From: Candidatus Krumholzibacteriota bacterium
Lineage (GTDB): Bacteria > Krumholzibacteriota > Krumholzibacteriia > LZORAL124-64-63
Assembly: GCA_024277025.1 (NCBI GenBank)
Contig: JAJRWA010000048.1
Location: 29,653-93,652, forward strand
Length of the DNA: 64,000 bases
Direction of reading: 5' to 3'
The notes under the pieces are model-generated. The model did no database searches. It saw nothing but the letters and a program-made list of their open reading frames with translations, and had not been told where the DNA came from. Both the position numbers and the translations under genes were made by a program. Below, one piece after another: positions 1 through 9,385 of this stretch; position 1 is the stretch's first letter; the number at the start of each line of letters is the position of its first letter.

Positions 1-4
1 CGAA

Positions 5-718
5 TCAGGCCCGCTGGCGCCGTCGAATTCGGCGTTTGAGCCAGATCACCACGAGCCACAGGCCGCTGGTGGCCAGCAGCCAGGCCACCACCGCGGCGGT
101 GATCAACAACGGGTTGTTGAAGTCGTCCCGCGCGCTGTAGTCCATGATGTGCAGCATCCAGAAGAAATCATAGATGCGCCAAATCGTGTTGCGGCGGCCG
201 ACCACCTGGCCGGTCCGGGGCGAGACATATACCGTTGTGTGGCGTGAGTCGTTGAACTCGACGCGCCAGAGAGGCAGGTCGCGGCCGCGTATTTCGAGCA
301 GGGGTTCGGTCTGGTTGGTGATGGACTCCACCTCGCCGGGTCCGGCGTAGTCGTATTGGGCCACCGCGCCGGCGGTTTCGGCTGTCAGCGGGGAAAGCCT
401 TTGGCCGGTGGCGGCGTGAGCCAGGACGGTCTGTTCCCCAGCCCGCAGGCGGTAGACTGGTTCCTGCTGCCAGGTCGTCAGTTCGGCCCGGTCCAGTGCG
501 TCCAGTCCCAGATCACGGGCGATCCGGTCCGGCGCGCGCAGGCTGGTGTCAGCCGGCAGGGGCGCCGGTTCGTGGACGGCCACCCAATCCTCGCCGCGCA
601 CTTTCTCGATGGGCACCACACTCATGACAAAACCGCCGGTGATCCACAGCACGACCTGGATCCCGATCAACAGGCCGACGCCCTGATGGGTGCTGAGTAT
701 CAAGCGCGAAACCTTCAT
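5..718 (-). CDS. PepSY-associated TM-helix domain protein
   Basis: The track ORF is 5..838 (-). The internal Met MKVSRLIL at 718 sits just before a TM helix, so the N-terminus was trimmed to it. The C-terminal motif IWRIYDFFWMLHIMDY followed by a terminal TM helix is typical of the PepSY_TM family. Confidence 0.55.
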   Translation of the reverse strand: MKVSRLILSTHQGVGLLIGIQVVLWITGGFVMSVVPIEKVRGEDWVAVHEPAPLPADTSLRAPDRIARDLGLDALDRAELTTWQQEPVYRLRAGEQTVLAHAATGQRLSPLTAETAGAVAQYDYAGPGEVESITNQTEPLLEIRGRDLPLWRVEFNDSRHTTVYVSPRTGQVVGRRNTIWRIYDFFWMLHIMDYSARDDFNNPLLITAAVVAWLLATSGLWLVVIWLKRRIRRRQRA

Positions 719-989
719 GGAAGCGTCCTTCCGGCGAAACTGGAGAAAATTTATTTTGCGCAGTGAAGCATTGCTGCGCTGAACTGTCAAATAGCTGCTC
801 GCCGTTTGCGCCGAATGAGCCACCCCATAGGTCAACATTTTCGGCGAGTAGTGTCTATTGCCAAATTTCAGGACAATTGTTGCCTAAATATATGAAAAAT
901 GGTATGGTGAGGCCCTCGCCCAATGCCGTTCAGCGGTCATTTTGCCGCGCTTGCACAGGGTGTGTTTTTACCTTTGGGGATTGGTAGGA

Positions 990-2753
990 ATGAAGAAACT
1001 ACTCGTAGTGATTGTCGCCGTCGGCCTGCCTCTGGCGATCTGGGCCCCAGATAGCAGCGGCAGGAACATTCCGGCCGCCACCAATTGGATGGACATCGCC
1101 ACCGGCGCCACGGCGGATCCGGGCCACAATTCAGGGTTGGCCTGGGGCGATTTTGACGGCGATGGGGACGATGACCTTTACCTGACCAAGGCCGATTTGG
1201 GTGAACCGAACGTGTTGCTGATGAGCAATGGGGACGGCAGCTTCGACGTCTGCGATGTGCCGGTGCTGGGTGACACCCTGACCAGCCTTTCCGCCTCGTG
1301 GGGCGACTTCGATCACGATGGCGATCCGGATCTCTTTCTGGCCAATCTGGATGGTTCGAACCGGGTCTTCCGCAACGACGGGGCCGGCGGCAGCTGCTGG
1401 CAGTTCACTGAGTTGTTCAGCGCCAACCTGGCTTTGGTCGGCGAGACGACCAGTGCCGAATGGGTGGACTACGATCACGACGGCCAGCTCGAGGTCTATG
1501 TTTCCAATCGGGACGGCAACAATCAATTGCTCGCCGGCGGGGCCGGGTTTGTGGACGTGGTGCCGACGGACCTGCTGTTTCCGGGCGCGTCGCAGGGCAC
1601 GGCCTGGTGCGACTACAATGGCGACCTGCTGCCCGACATGTACCTGGTGGGTGAAGACACGAACAACTTCCTGTATGAACAGCAGGGACCGTCATCCTTC
1701 ATCGAACAGACTCTGACGACCAACCTCAGTGGCCAGGGATGTTCCTGGGGCGACTACGACAATGACGGTGATTTTGATGTCTTTGTGACGCACTGGAACC
1801 GCCGCGACATCTTGTGGGAGAACCAGGGTGGGGGCGTCTTTGCCGCTCTGACCAGCTCCTGGCTCAGCAACAGCAACGGCCAGGCCGCGGCCTGGGGCGA
1901 CTACGACAACGACGGGTTCCTGGACTTGTTCGTGGCCAATTCATACGGGCCGAACGAGCTCTATCACAACGAGGGCGGCAGCGGAAACTTCACCTTGGTG
2001 GGCAACGTGGAACCGCCGGCCACCGACCGGACCATCGGCGCAGCCTGGGCTGATGTTGATCTGGACGGTGACCTGGACTTGTATCTGTGCAACCACGATG
2101 CGAGTAATAAACTGCTGCGCAATGACCAGTCCGGCGCCACCCAATGGTTGCGGGTCGAGGTGCGCGGTGTGGGCACCGGTGCCCAGTCCAACGGTTCGGC
2201 CCTCGGGGCAATCATCAAGGTCGAAGCCGGTGGCCTGACCATGTGGCGCCAGGTCAGCGGCAGCACCGGTTATGGCAGCCAGGGTCCTCTGGTTCAGCAC
2301 TTCGGTCTGGCCGGCGAAACGGTTGTGGATCGGGTTACGGTTACCTGGCCCTATCGCGACGGCAATGGTCTGCACTACCAGTCCCAGGTCACCAACCTGG
2401 CGGCGAACCAGACCATCCTGATGGTCGAGCCGGTCATTGCCGCTTCGGCGGTGCCGGACCGCCAACTGCCGCTGAACTACACTCTGGGCCGGAGTGTTAC
2501 CAACCCGTTCAATCCCCAGACAACCCTGCCCTACTCCCTGGTGCAGGCCGGCCGGGTGGATCTGCGCGTGTACGACCTTAACGGCAACCTGGTCAAGGTC
2601 CTGATTGCCGGGGAGACCCTCGGTGCGGGCCAGTACTCGGCAACCTGGCAGGGACGCGATCAGGCTGGCAAGCGGGTGGCTGCCGGCGTGTACTTCTACC
2701 ACTTCCTTTTTGACGGCGTCGGCGAGACGCGGCGCGTGGTGCTGGTCAAGTGA
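990..2753 (+). CDS. CRTAC1-like FG-GAP/VCBS-repeat protein with ASPIC/UnbV domain and C-terminal T9SS (Por_Secre_tail-like) sorting domain
   Basis: The ORF 942..2753 was trimmed to the signal-peptide start MKKLLVVIVAVGLPLAIWA (ATG at 990, GGTAGGA upstream). It has repeated WGDxDxDGDxDLF FG-GAP-type repeats. The UnbV/ASPIC-like stretch reads GAIIKVEAGG...GSTGYGSQGPLVQHFGL. The C-terminus reads NPFNPQTTLPY...DLRVYDLNGNLV...AGVYFYHF, typical of T9SS type-A CTDs. Confidence 0.7.
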   Translation: MKKLLVVIVAVGLPLAIWAPDSSGRNIPAATNWMDIATGATADPGHNSGLAWGDFDGDGDDDLYLTKADLGEPNVLLMSNGDGSFDVCDVPVLGDTLTSLSASWGDFDHDGDPDLFLANLDGSNRVFRNDGAGGSCWQFTELFSANLALVGETTSAEWVDYDHDGQLEVYVSNRDGNNQLLAGGAGFVDVVPTDLLFPGASQGTAWCDYNGDLLPDMYLVGEDTNNFLYEQQGPSSFIEQTLTTNLSGQGCSWGDYDNDGDFDVFVTHWNRRDILWENQGGGVFAALTSSWLSNSNGQAAAWGDYDNDGFLDLFVANSYGPNELYHNEGGSGNFTLVGNVEPPATDRTIGAAWADVDLDGDLDLYLCNHDASNKLLRNDQSGATQWLRVEVRGVGTGAQSNGSALGAIIKVEAGGLTMWRQVSGSTGYGSQGPLVQHFGLAGETVVDRVTVTWPYRDGNGLHYQSQVTNLAANQTILMVEPVIAASAVPDRQLPLNYTLGRSVTNPFNPQTTLPYSLVQAGRVDLRVYDLNGNLVKVLIAGETLGAGQYSATWQGRDQAGKRVAAGVYFYHFLFDGVGETRRVVLVK

Positions 2754-2867
2754 CCGGTGGGGTTTGCGACAACCCATGCGTGTCCCGGGCTTCTTCACTA
2801 CCTTGTGCCCTCACGCGAGAATCGACGACCCCGGCGGCTGCGGTCGCCCTGCCGATAAAGGACTCCC

Positions 2868-4112
2868 ATGCGTCTTGGATCCATCGCCCTGCTCGGGCTG
2901 ATCATGCTGTCAGCCGGGCCCGCGTTCGCGGCCTGGCAAGGCCAGACCACCACCGTCGACGGCGTCACCACGGTGACCAATCCCGAAACCCCGGCCAATG
3001 GCGCAACCCGCCAGGAACTGCACGAACTGTGGCGCCGCGGGGGCGACGAGGACGAGATCTTCTTTGGCACCGTGGCCGAGTTTCTCACGGACCAGGATGG
3101 GAACATCTACCTGCTGGACGGCCAGCTGTCGGAGATCCAGGTCTTCAGCGCCGGGGGTGATCATCTGCGCACCATCGGTCGTCAGGGTGAGGGGCCGGGC
3201 GAGTTTCAGAACGGCGCCGACATGTTCTGGAGTGCCGCAGGCGAGATCGGTGTGGTGCAGGCCTGGCCCGGCAAGATCGTCATGATCACCCCCGAGGGTG
3301 ATCCCGGCACGGCCTATCCGCTGCCCTACCGCCAGGGTGGTGGCTATCAGTCCGTGGTGCGCGCCAAGCTGGCCGGCGGCAACATCATCCTGACCGGAAC
3401 GGCCTGGACCCGCGAGGACGGCAACCAGATCCAGTACACCTACCTGAACGCCTACGACGCGGGTGGCCAGGAGGTGGCCCACTACACCGAGACCGCCGAG
3501 GAAATGCACTTCGGCCAGTACGAATTCCAGGAAGCCAACTACACTGATTTCAAGCGGCGCTGGGATGTGGCGCCCGACGGTCGGGTTGCCGCCGCGCTCA
3601 GTTTCGACGACTACCGCGTTCACATCTGGCATGCCGACGGCACCCTGGACCGGATCATCGAGCGTCCGGATTACCAGCCGGTCGCCCGCACGGCCGCGGA
3701 GAAGGACCGCTTCCAGGCCATGTACGATTCGTTCACCCGCTGGAACCGCGGCAGCACCTTCAAGGTCAGCGACCGGCACCAGGCCATCGGGCAGTTGTTC
3801 TTTCGCGAGGATGGCACCCTGTGGGTCCAGTCCAGCGCGGCCCGGTGGCGCTCCGCTGACGGCATCTACACCAGTTTCGATGTCTACGACACGGTGGGCC
3901 GCTACCTGCAGCGGGTCGATCTGCTGGCCGACGCGGATGCCAGCCAGGACATGTTCTACATAACCGGGGACCGGGCCTACATCGTCACTGATCTGATCAA
4001 CGCGATCATGGCCAGCGTGGGGGGCGACAGCGAAGACGCTGAAGATGAGGATGCCGAACCGGTGGAGGTCATTGCCTTCGAATTCAACCCCATGGTGGCC
4101 ACGGCACCCTGA
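2868..4112 (+). CDS. secreted NHL-repeat / six-bladed beta-propeller protein
   Basis: Signal peptide MRLGSIALLGLIMLSAGPAFA. NHL-like repeats such as DGNIYLLDGQLSEIQVFSAGGDHLRTIGRQGEGPGEF. An acidic C-terminal tail. Confidence 0.5.
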   Translation: MRLGSIALLGLIMLSAGPAFAAWQGQTTTVDGVTTVTNPETPANGATRQELHELWRRGGDEDEIFFGTVAEFLTDQDGNIYLLDGQLSEIQVFSAGGDHLRTIGRQGEGPGEFQNGADMFWSAAGEIGVVQAWPGKIVMITPEGDPGTAYPLPYRQGGGYQSVVRAKLAGGNIILTGTAWTREDGNQIQYTYLNAYDAGGQEVAHYTETAEEMHFGQYEFQEANYTDFKRRWDVAPDGRVAAALSFDDYRVHIWHADGTLDRIIERPDYQPVARTAAEKDRFQAMYDSFTRWNRGSTFKVSDRHQAIGQLFFREDGTLWVQSSAARWRSADGIYTSFDVYDTVGRYLQRVDLLADADASQDMFYITGDRAYIVTDLINAIMASVGGDSEDAEDEDAEPVEVIAFEFNPMVATAP

Positions 4113-4231
4113 ACAAAGCCTTTTCGGCTTGCGCCGGCTTGGTCTTGCATTAAATTGGACAAAAAGATCCAGATACACCAGTCCACTCCGCAGGGAGGCC
4201 TAAGATTAATACAGCCGCCATCACACAGGAA

Positions 4232-5452
4232 ATGACACTTTTTGCCATCACCGAGGAATTCCCCGAGACCATCCCTGTTTTTGTGACCAACGGCTACGAG
4301 CACGTCGGCGACGAGAAGAAGCGCCAGGCCCAGGGCAGGATGGTCACCCTGGCCCAGGCCATGCAGATGAAGAACAAGGACGCGGCTGCCTTCATCAAAC
4401 TGCTGGAAGCGGCGGTGGCCGAGAACCGCCAGCAGCAGGACGTGACCCTCAACACCATCGAGGACGAGAACGAGATCTTCCCCACCAGCGGTGATATCCG
4501 CGTGGCCGGCTTGTTGCCTTGTCCGGTGCGCATCCCGCTGCTCGAGGCGTTCGACAGCCTGAGCAAGAAGATCACCGCCGAGACAGGCAAAACCGTGGGC
4601 ATGAAGCTGGCTGCGGCCTCGGTCGGTGCCGATATCCTGGATCAGGGCCTGGCCAGGATCGAAACCGAGGCCGACCTGCCGGATATTTTCCTCTCGGCCG
4701 GCTTCGAAGCCTTCTTCGACCAGAAGAACATGGCCCGCTTCAAGGACAAGGGCGTGTTCACGGACCGCAGCTGGGACGAGCACAACGCCATGATGAAGCC
4801 CTATGGCCTGCAGGATCCGGACGGCCACTACGCCATGCTGGGTATCGTGCCGGCTGTGTTCCTGGTCGACAAGACCCAGCTCGAAGAGGGCGAAGAGATC
4901 CCCCGGACCTGGGCCGAGATCCTGGGGCCCCGCTTCAAGGGCAAGGTCAGCATGCCGGTCGGCGACTTCGATCTGTTCAACGGCATCCTGCTGACGATCT
5001 GGAAGGAATTCGGCGACGAGGGCGTCGCAGCCATCGGGCGCAACCTGCTGGAAGGCATGCACCCCAGCCAGGCCGCGGGCCGGTTCGCGCCCAAGGGCGG
5101 CAAGGGCCCGATGATTTCGGTCATTCCGTATTTCTTCAGCAAGATGGCCCAGTTCAACCCGCACGCGGAGATCGTCTGGCCCAGCGACGGCGCCGTGGTC
5201 AGCCCCATTTTCATGCTGCTGAAAAAGAGCGCGCCCAGGGAAGCCGAGCAGATCGCCGAGTTCTTCGCCAGCAAGGAAGTGGGCGAGATTCTGGCCCATC
5301 GCGGCCTGTTCCCCAGTTGCCATCCCGAGGTCGAGAACCACGTGCCGGACGAGGCGCCGCTGATGTGGCTGGGCTGGGACTTCATCCGCGAGAACGATCT
5401 GGGCGCGCTCATTCCCCGGGTCAACGATATCTTTCTGAAGGCAGGCGAATGA
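4232..5452 (+). CDS. cytoplasmic DUF1858-domain protein fused to an ABC-type substrate-binding-protein (SBP) fold
   Basis: The N-terminal roughly 65 aa (FPETIPVFVTNGYEHV...MVTLAQAMQMKNKDAAAFIKLLEAA) fit the DUF1858 pattern. The remainder resembles periplasmic-binding-protein type II folds but has no signal peptide. The stop overlaps the next gene (TGAcATG). Confidence 0.55.
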   Translation: MTLFAITEEFPETIPVFVTNGYEHVGDEKKRQAQGRMVTLAQAMQMKNKDAAAFIKLLEAAVAENRQQQDVTLNTIEDENEIFPTSGDIRVAGLLPCPVRIPLLEAFDSLSKKITAETGKTVGMKLAAASVGADILDQGLARIETEADLPDIFLSAGFEAFFDQKNMARFKDKGVFTDRSWDEHNAMMKPYGLQDPDGHYAMLGIVPAVFLVDKTQLEEGEEIPRTWAEILGPRFKGKVSMPVGDFDLFNGILLTIWKEFGDEGVAAIGRNLLEGMHPSQAAGRFAPKGGKGPMISVIPYFFSKMAQFNPHAEIVWPSDGAVVSPIFMLLKKSAPREAEQIAEFFASKEVGEILAHRGLFPSCHPEVENHVPDEAPLMWLGWDFIRENDLGALIPRVNDIFLKAGE

Positions 5453-5453
5453 C

Positions 5454-6194
5454 ATGCGTTTCGTGACGGTTAGCGGTCCGCCCAGCTCGGGGAAGACCGC
5501 GGTGATCATCAAGACCCTCGAGCATCTGCAGAAGGCCGACAAACAGGTGGGCGTCGTCAAGTTCGACTGTCTGTTCACCGACGACGACGAGCTGTACCGC
5601 AAGCACGGTATCAAGGTGCGCAAGGGCCTGGCCGGCGCTTTGTGTCCGGACCACTACTTCGTCAGCAACGTCGAAGAGTGCGTGCAGTGGGGCAAGCTGG
5701 AGGGCCTGGACGTGCTGGTCAGCGAGAGTGCCGGCCTGTGCAACCGCTGCTCGCCGCATATCCGGGAGATCATGGCCGTCTGCGTGATCGACAACCTCAG
5801 CGGCATCAACACTCCCAAGAAGATCGGGCCCATGCTGAAGGCCGCCGACGTGGTGGTGATCACCAAGGGCGACATTGTCAGCCAGGCCGAGCGCGAGGTG
5901 TTCGCCGCGCGGGTGCACATGGTCAACAGCAAGGCGCGCATCCTGCACGTGAATGGTATCACCGGCCAGGGCAGTTTTGAGTTGAGCACCGTCTGGACCG
6001 AGGTCGAAGACACCGAGACAGTGGAAGGATTGCGCCTGCGTTTCAGCATGCCGGCGGCCCTGTGCTCGTACTGCCTGGGCGAGACGCGCATCGGGTCGGA
6101 TTTCCAGATGGGCAACGTGCGCAAGATGGACCTGGAGATGCCCACGGGTGTGAAGACCGATGGCGGACCGACCACTCTGGGGGGCCAGTCATGA
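5454..6194 (+). CDS. G3E-family P-loop GTPase (HypB/UreG/CobW/MeaB-like metallochaperone-type)
   Basis: Walker A GPPSSGKT, a Cys/His stretch ALCPDHY, the switch/ESAGL motif VLVSESAGLCNRCSP, and the NKxD-like VVITKGDI. Tightly coupled to the flanking genes. Confidence 0.7.
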   Translation: MRFVTVSGPPSSGKTAVIIKTLEHLQKADKQVGVVKFDCLFTDDDELYRKHGIKVRKGLAGALCPDHYFVSNVEECVQWGKLEGLDVLVSESAGLCNRCSPHIREIMAVCVIDNLSGINTPKKIGPMLKAADVVVITKGDIVSQAEREVFAARVHMVNSKARILHVNGITGQGSFELSTVWTEVEDTETVEGLRLRFSMPAALCSYCLGETRIGSDFQMGNVRKMDLEMPTGVKTDGGPTTLGGQS

Positions 6195-7156
6195 GCCGTG
6201 GCCTGGCAACCCTGACGGTCGCCGACATGCTCGACCGCTGGCCTTTCGCGGCGCAGCATTTCGCGGACGGTGGTTATGCCGAGATTGCCGATCAGCCCGA
6301 GGCTGTACTGGGCGAGATTTTCGACTCTGGGCAACTGACGGCTCTGGACGAGTTCCTGACCATGATGGAGGACTTCCTCGGCGGCAACGAGGAGAAGGTG
6401 GCGGAGATCACCATCACCGGCGGCTTCGCCAAGGACGGCAGCGACGAGCCTGTGCGCAAGCTGACGGTTAAGGTCGGCGAAGTGGTCTGCATCGTCGGAC
6501 CCACCGGCAGCGGCAAGAGCCGCCTGCTGGCGGACATCGAGTGGGTGGCCCGGGGTGATACGCCGACCGGCCGCCACGTGACGATCAACGGCCAGGTGCC
6601 CGATGACAAATGGCGTTTCTCGTCGGAGTACAAGCTGGTGGCGCAGCTCTCACAGAACATGAACTTCGTCATGGACCTGACGGTGGAGGAGTTCCTGTCC
6701 CTGCACGCGGAGTCACGGCAGGTCGGCGATCCGGCCGGGAAGATCCAGCGCATCTGGAATTGGGCGAATGAGTTGGCGGGCGAGCCGTTTGCGCTCGATA
6801 CGCCGGTGACCAGTCTGTCGGGCGGCCAGTCGCGGGCCTTGATGATCGCCGATACGGCGGTGTTGAGCGCCAGCCCGGTGGTGCTCATTGATGAGATCGA
6901 GAACGCGGGCATCGACCGGCAGCAGGCGTTGGATATCCTGATCCGCGAAGAGAAGATCGTGCTGATGGCGACCCATGATCCGATTCTGGCCTTGATGGGG
7001 GACCGCCGGGTGGTGATCAACAACGGGGCGATGCGGAAGGTGATCGAGCCGAGCGAGGCGGAGCACGCCAATCTGGAGGAGTTGCGGGCCATTGACGAGC
7101 GGATGATGGGGCTGCGGCATCGGTTGCGGATGGGGGAACGGTTGGATGAGATATAA
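6191..7156 (+). CDS. ABC transporter ATP-binding protein with roughly 100-aa N-terminal extension (no cognate permease nearby)
   Basis: Walker A GPTGSGKS, signature LSGGQ, Walker B VVLIDEIE, H-loop ATHD. The start was set at ATG 6191, which overlaps the upstream stop (ATGA), rather than at the ORF-track start 6062. The N-terminal extension LTVADMLDRWPFAAQHFADGGYAEI...ALDEFLTMMEDFL resembles the DUF1858 pattern of the upstream protein. Confidence 0.75.
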   Translation: MSRGLATLTVADMLDRWPFAAQHFADGGYAEIADQPEAVLGEIFDSGQLTALDEFLTMMEDFLGGNEEKVAEITITGGFAKDGSDEPVRKLTVKVGEVVCIVGPTGSGKSRLLADIEWVARGDTPTGRHVTINGQVPDDKWRFSSEYKLVAQLSQNMNFVMDLTVEEFLSLHAESRQVGDPAGKIQRIWNWANELAGEPFALDTPVTSLSGGQSRALMIADTAVLSASPVVLIDEIENAGIDRQQALDILIREEKIVLMATHDPILALMGDRRVVINNGAMRKVIEPSEAEHANLEELRAIDERMMGLRHRLRMGERLDEI

Positions 7157-7423
7157 GGGGATCCGGAATTGTTCACTGTACACCGTAGGTGCACCCTGTC
7201 CCTTTCACCATATGAGTATTCAGCGGGGAGCGCTCTCTGGCTCTGCCGGTCCGTATTTTGTTGTGGTCCAGTTATCGGGGAGCAGATTCGCGGCATTGGG
7301 ATCTTTTATTGATCGGAGAACGGGATATCCCGGTTGTTGAGTCCGGTGTCAAGAGGCGGAGGTTCGGGCCTATGTGGCATCCGGGGCTTCCGGAATGATA
7401 TGAGTTCGCCCTCCTGCTGTAGC

Positions 7424-7466
7424 CCGGGTCCGGGCCGCCGGGAGGGAAAGTGTCACCCGGTTTTTC
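7424..7466 (+). terminator. possible intrinsic terminator (GC stem followed by TTTTT) downstream of the ABC gene
   Basis: The sequence cccgggtccgggccgccgggagggaaagtgtcacccggttttt, in which the ccgggt and acccgg arms are followed by a T5 run. The stem is imperfect and the loop long, so confidence is low. Confidence 0.2.
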
Positions 7467-7504
7467 GGCCAGGACATGAACATGCTGCACTGCTCGCTAA
7501 ACTG

Positions 7505-9004
7505 TTAGAACCCGTTGACCCTGACCGGCTCCCAATGCCCGACAACGTTGCCATCGCCCAACTGACCATAGGTGTTGGCGCCCCAGGCCCACAGGGTCCC
7601 GTCACTCCGCAGGGCCAGATTGTGACTTCCGCCCGCCGCGATCATGGTGATATCGGTGAGATTGTTCACCCAGGTGCGCACATCGGAGTTGTTGTAGGTC
7701 CCGTCGCCCAGTTGGCCAAACCCATTGCCGCCCCAGGACATGACCCGGCCATCGGCACCCAGGGCCAGGCTGTGGAAAGATCCTGCGGCCACGGCCAGGA
7801 TGCTATCAATCAATTCCACTCCGTTCGGTCCTCTGCTGGTCGCGTCGCTGTATCGACCCAACTGGCCTTCGGCATTGACGCCCCAGGAATATACGGCACC
7901 TGACTCATGCAAGGTCAGCACATGGAGGTAGCGCGTCGAGATGGCGGTGTAGTTGTCCGTATTGGCTATGGCCGAAGGTGTGTTGCCCAGGACAAGATCC
8001 CCGTCGGTCACCCGGCCCAGCAGGCCGCCAGAATTAGATCCCCAGGAGGACAGAGGACTATCGTGTGTGCCGTCGCTAAAAGGCTTGAAGAAATTGTCGT
8101 TGTTGCCAGCCGCGACCAGGCCCGGCGTGTGCCAGAAACTGGTAAGCACCAGGGTCGGTACCTCGACCCAGCCACCCTCGTAGCCCAGGCCCAGATGGCC
8201 ACCCGTGTTGCTACCCCACACGTAGACGTCCCCATTCCCGGTGACGCCCAGTGAGTGGGTGCGTCCCGCCGCCACCGCAGTAAAATTCGTCGGCGCGGAG
8301 ACGAGGGTTGGCGACCAGTGTGGCTGGTTGTCGCCGACGCCCAGGGCACCATAGGTGTTGTAGCCCATGGCGTACAGCCGGCCACTACCGGTCAGCACCA
8401 AAGTATGTCGCCAGCCCGAAGAGACGGCTACCACGTCAGTGACGCCGGCCACCAGGACCGGCTCGTGCGCGTGTTGGAAGGAGCCGATACCCAGTTGGCC
8501 GTCGTCATTCCGGCCCCACGCGTAGAGGAAGCCCTGGGCGTCAACCAGGAACGAGCAAAAATCACCGCACGCTATAAGCCTGATGCCAAGTGCCTGGGTG
8601 GGGGTTGCTGCGATCTGGGTGGATAAATCGCTTGTGCCGGCGTCATTGACTGCAGCGACCCGATAATGGTAGGTCGTGCCGTTGGTCAGATTCGCGTGGA
8701 CAAATGGTGGCGCCGCAACCGCGATGGCCGAGTCGTCGACCTGGACCGACTCGTCCAGGTCCCAGTAGACAATGTAGCCGGTGGCATCTGAGACAGTGGC
8801 CCAGGTCAAGGTTATGCTGGTCGGGGCCGCGGTGGCGGTCAACCCGCTCGGGATGCCCGGCGGCACCGGCGCCTGGACCGCCGTTGGGGTGTTGTTGTCG
8901 CAGCCCGAGCCCACAAGAGCCAAACCGAGAATCAGAACAGTCACGACGCGACGGTGGAACTTGGGGTGAGCGTGATGACTTCGGGTACTAATTTGCTTGG
9001 ACAT
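7505..9004 (-). CDS. lipoprotein with fibronectin type III domain and RCC1 (regulator of chromosome condensation) beta-propeller repeats
   Basis: Lipobox LVGSGC, an FN3-like stretch (LTATAAPTSITLTWATV...YHYRVAAVN), and repeated RCC1 motifs (WGRNDDGQLG, GYNTYGALGVG, WGSNTGGHLGLG, WGVNAEGQLG, WGANTYGQLGDG). Confidence 0.7.
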   Translation of the reverse strand: MSKQISTRSHHAHPKFHRRVVTVLILGLALVGSGCDNNTPTAVQAPVPPGIPSGLTATAAPTSITLTWATVSDATGYIVYWDLDESVQVDDSAIAVAAPPFVHANLTNGTTYHYRVAAVNDAGTSDLSTQIAATPTQALGIRLIACGDFCSFLVDAQGFLYAWGRNDDGQLGIGSFQHAHEPVLVAGVTDVVAVSSGWRHTLVLTGSGRLYAMGYNTYGALGVGDNQPHWSPTLVSAPTNFTAVAAGRTHSLGVTGNGDVYVWGSNTGGHLGLGYEGGWVEVPTLVLTSFWHTPGLVAAGNNDNFFKPFSDGTHDSPLSSWGSNSGGLLGRVTDGDLVLGNTPSAIANTDNYTAISTRYLHVLTLHESGAVYSWGVNAEGQLGRYSDATSRGPNGVELIDSILAVAAGSFHSLALGADGRVMSWGGNGFGQLGDGTYNNSDVRTWVNNLTDITMIAAGGSHNLALRSDGTLWAWGANTYGQLGDGNVVGHWEPVRVNGF

Positions 9005-9385
9005 GGATAGCTCCCGGTTGACACAATGGTGACACTACTGAGACGTCTGATCCGGAACAACAATCACAGATATGAAGATGTTTTTTGCCGCGAGATAGCC
9101 GACAAATACGACAAATCCCGGCGACACCCGGACCGAAGACTTATCCAGCGGTTTCTCTGCAAGGCCTGCAAGCACAGCTTCAGCACCCGGATTTTCAGCA
9201 CCACCTACTGGCAGAAGCGACAGCCCGCCATATGTGGAGTTGAATCGCCGCAATTTCGAAGGCTGGGGACAATACGGCGGACGGCGTAGTTGCGGGCGGC
9301 GCGAGGCGGAGGGAACTATCGATCCCGGTTTGGGTCAGGGCTGGTTCGGGAGGTTGGGTTGTGGGCTCTCGCCCCGGGGGGGGCG

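Noticed and set aside
2910-4178. 422-aa minus-strand ORF opposite the NHL propeller gene
   Set aside because: No motifs and an antisense-type composition. The plus strand has a signal peptide and NHL repeats.
6062-6190. Upstream extension of the ABC ATPase ORF (start at 6062)
   Set aside because: It would overlap the GTPase gene by 133 nt in another frame. ATG 6191 gives the classic ATGA coupling overlap and a sensible N-terminus.
7318-7331. Perfect 12-bp palindrome CGGGATATCCCG in the 350-nt convergent intergenic region
   Set aside because: A single short palindrome with no flanking context or repeats. It is likely fortuitous, although the region (7157-7504) could hide a small RNA.
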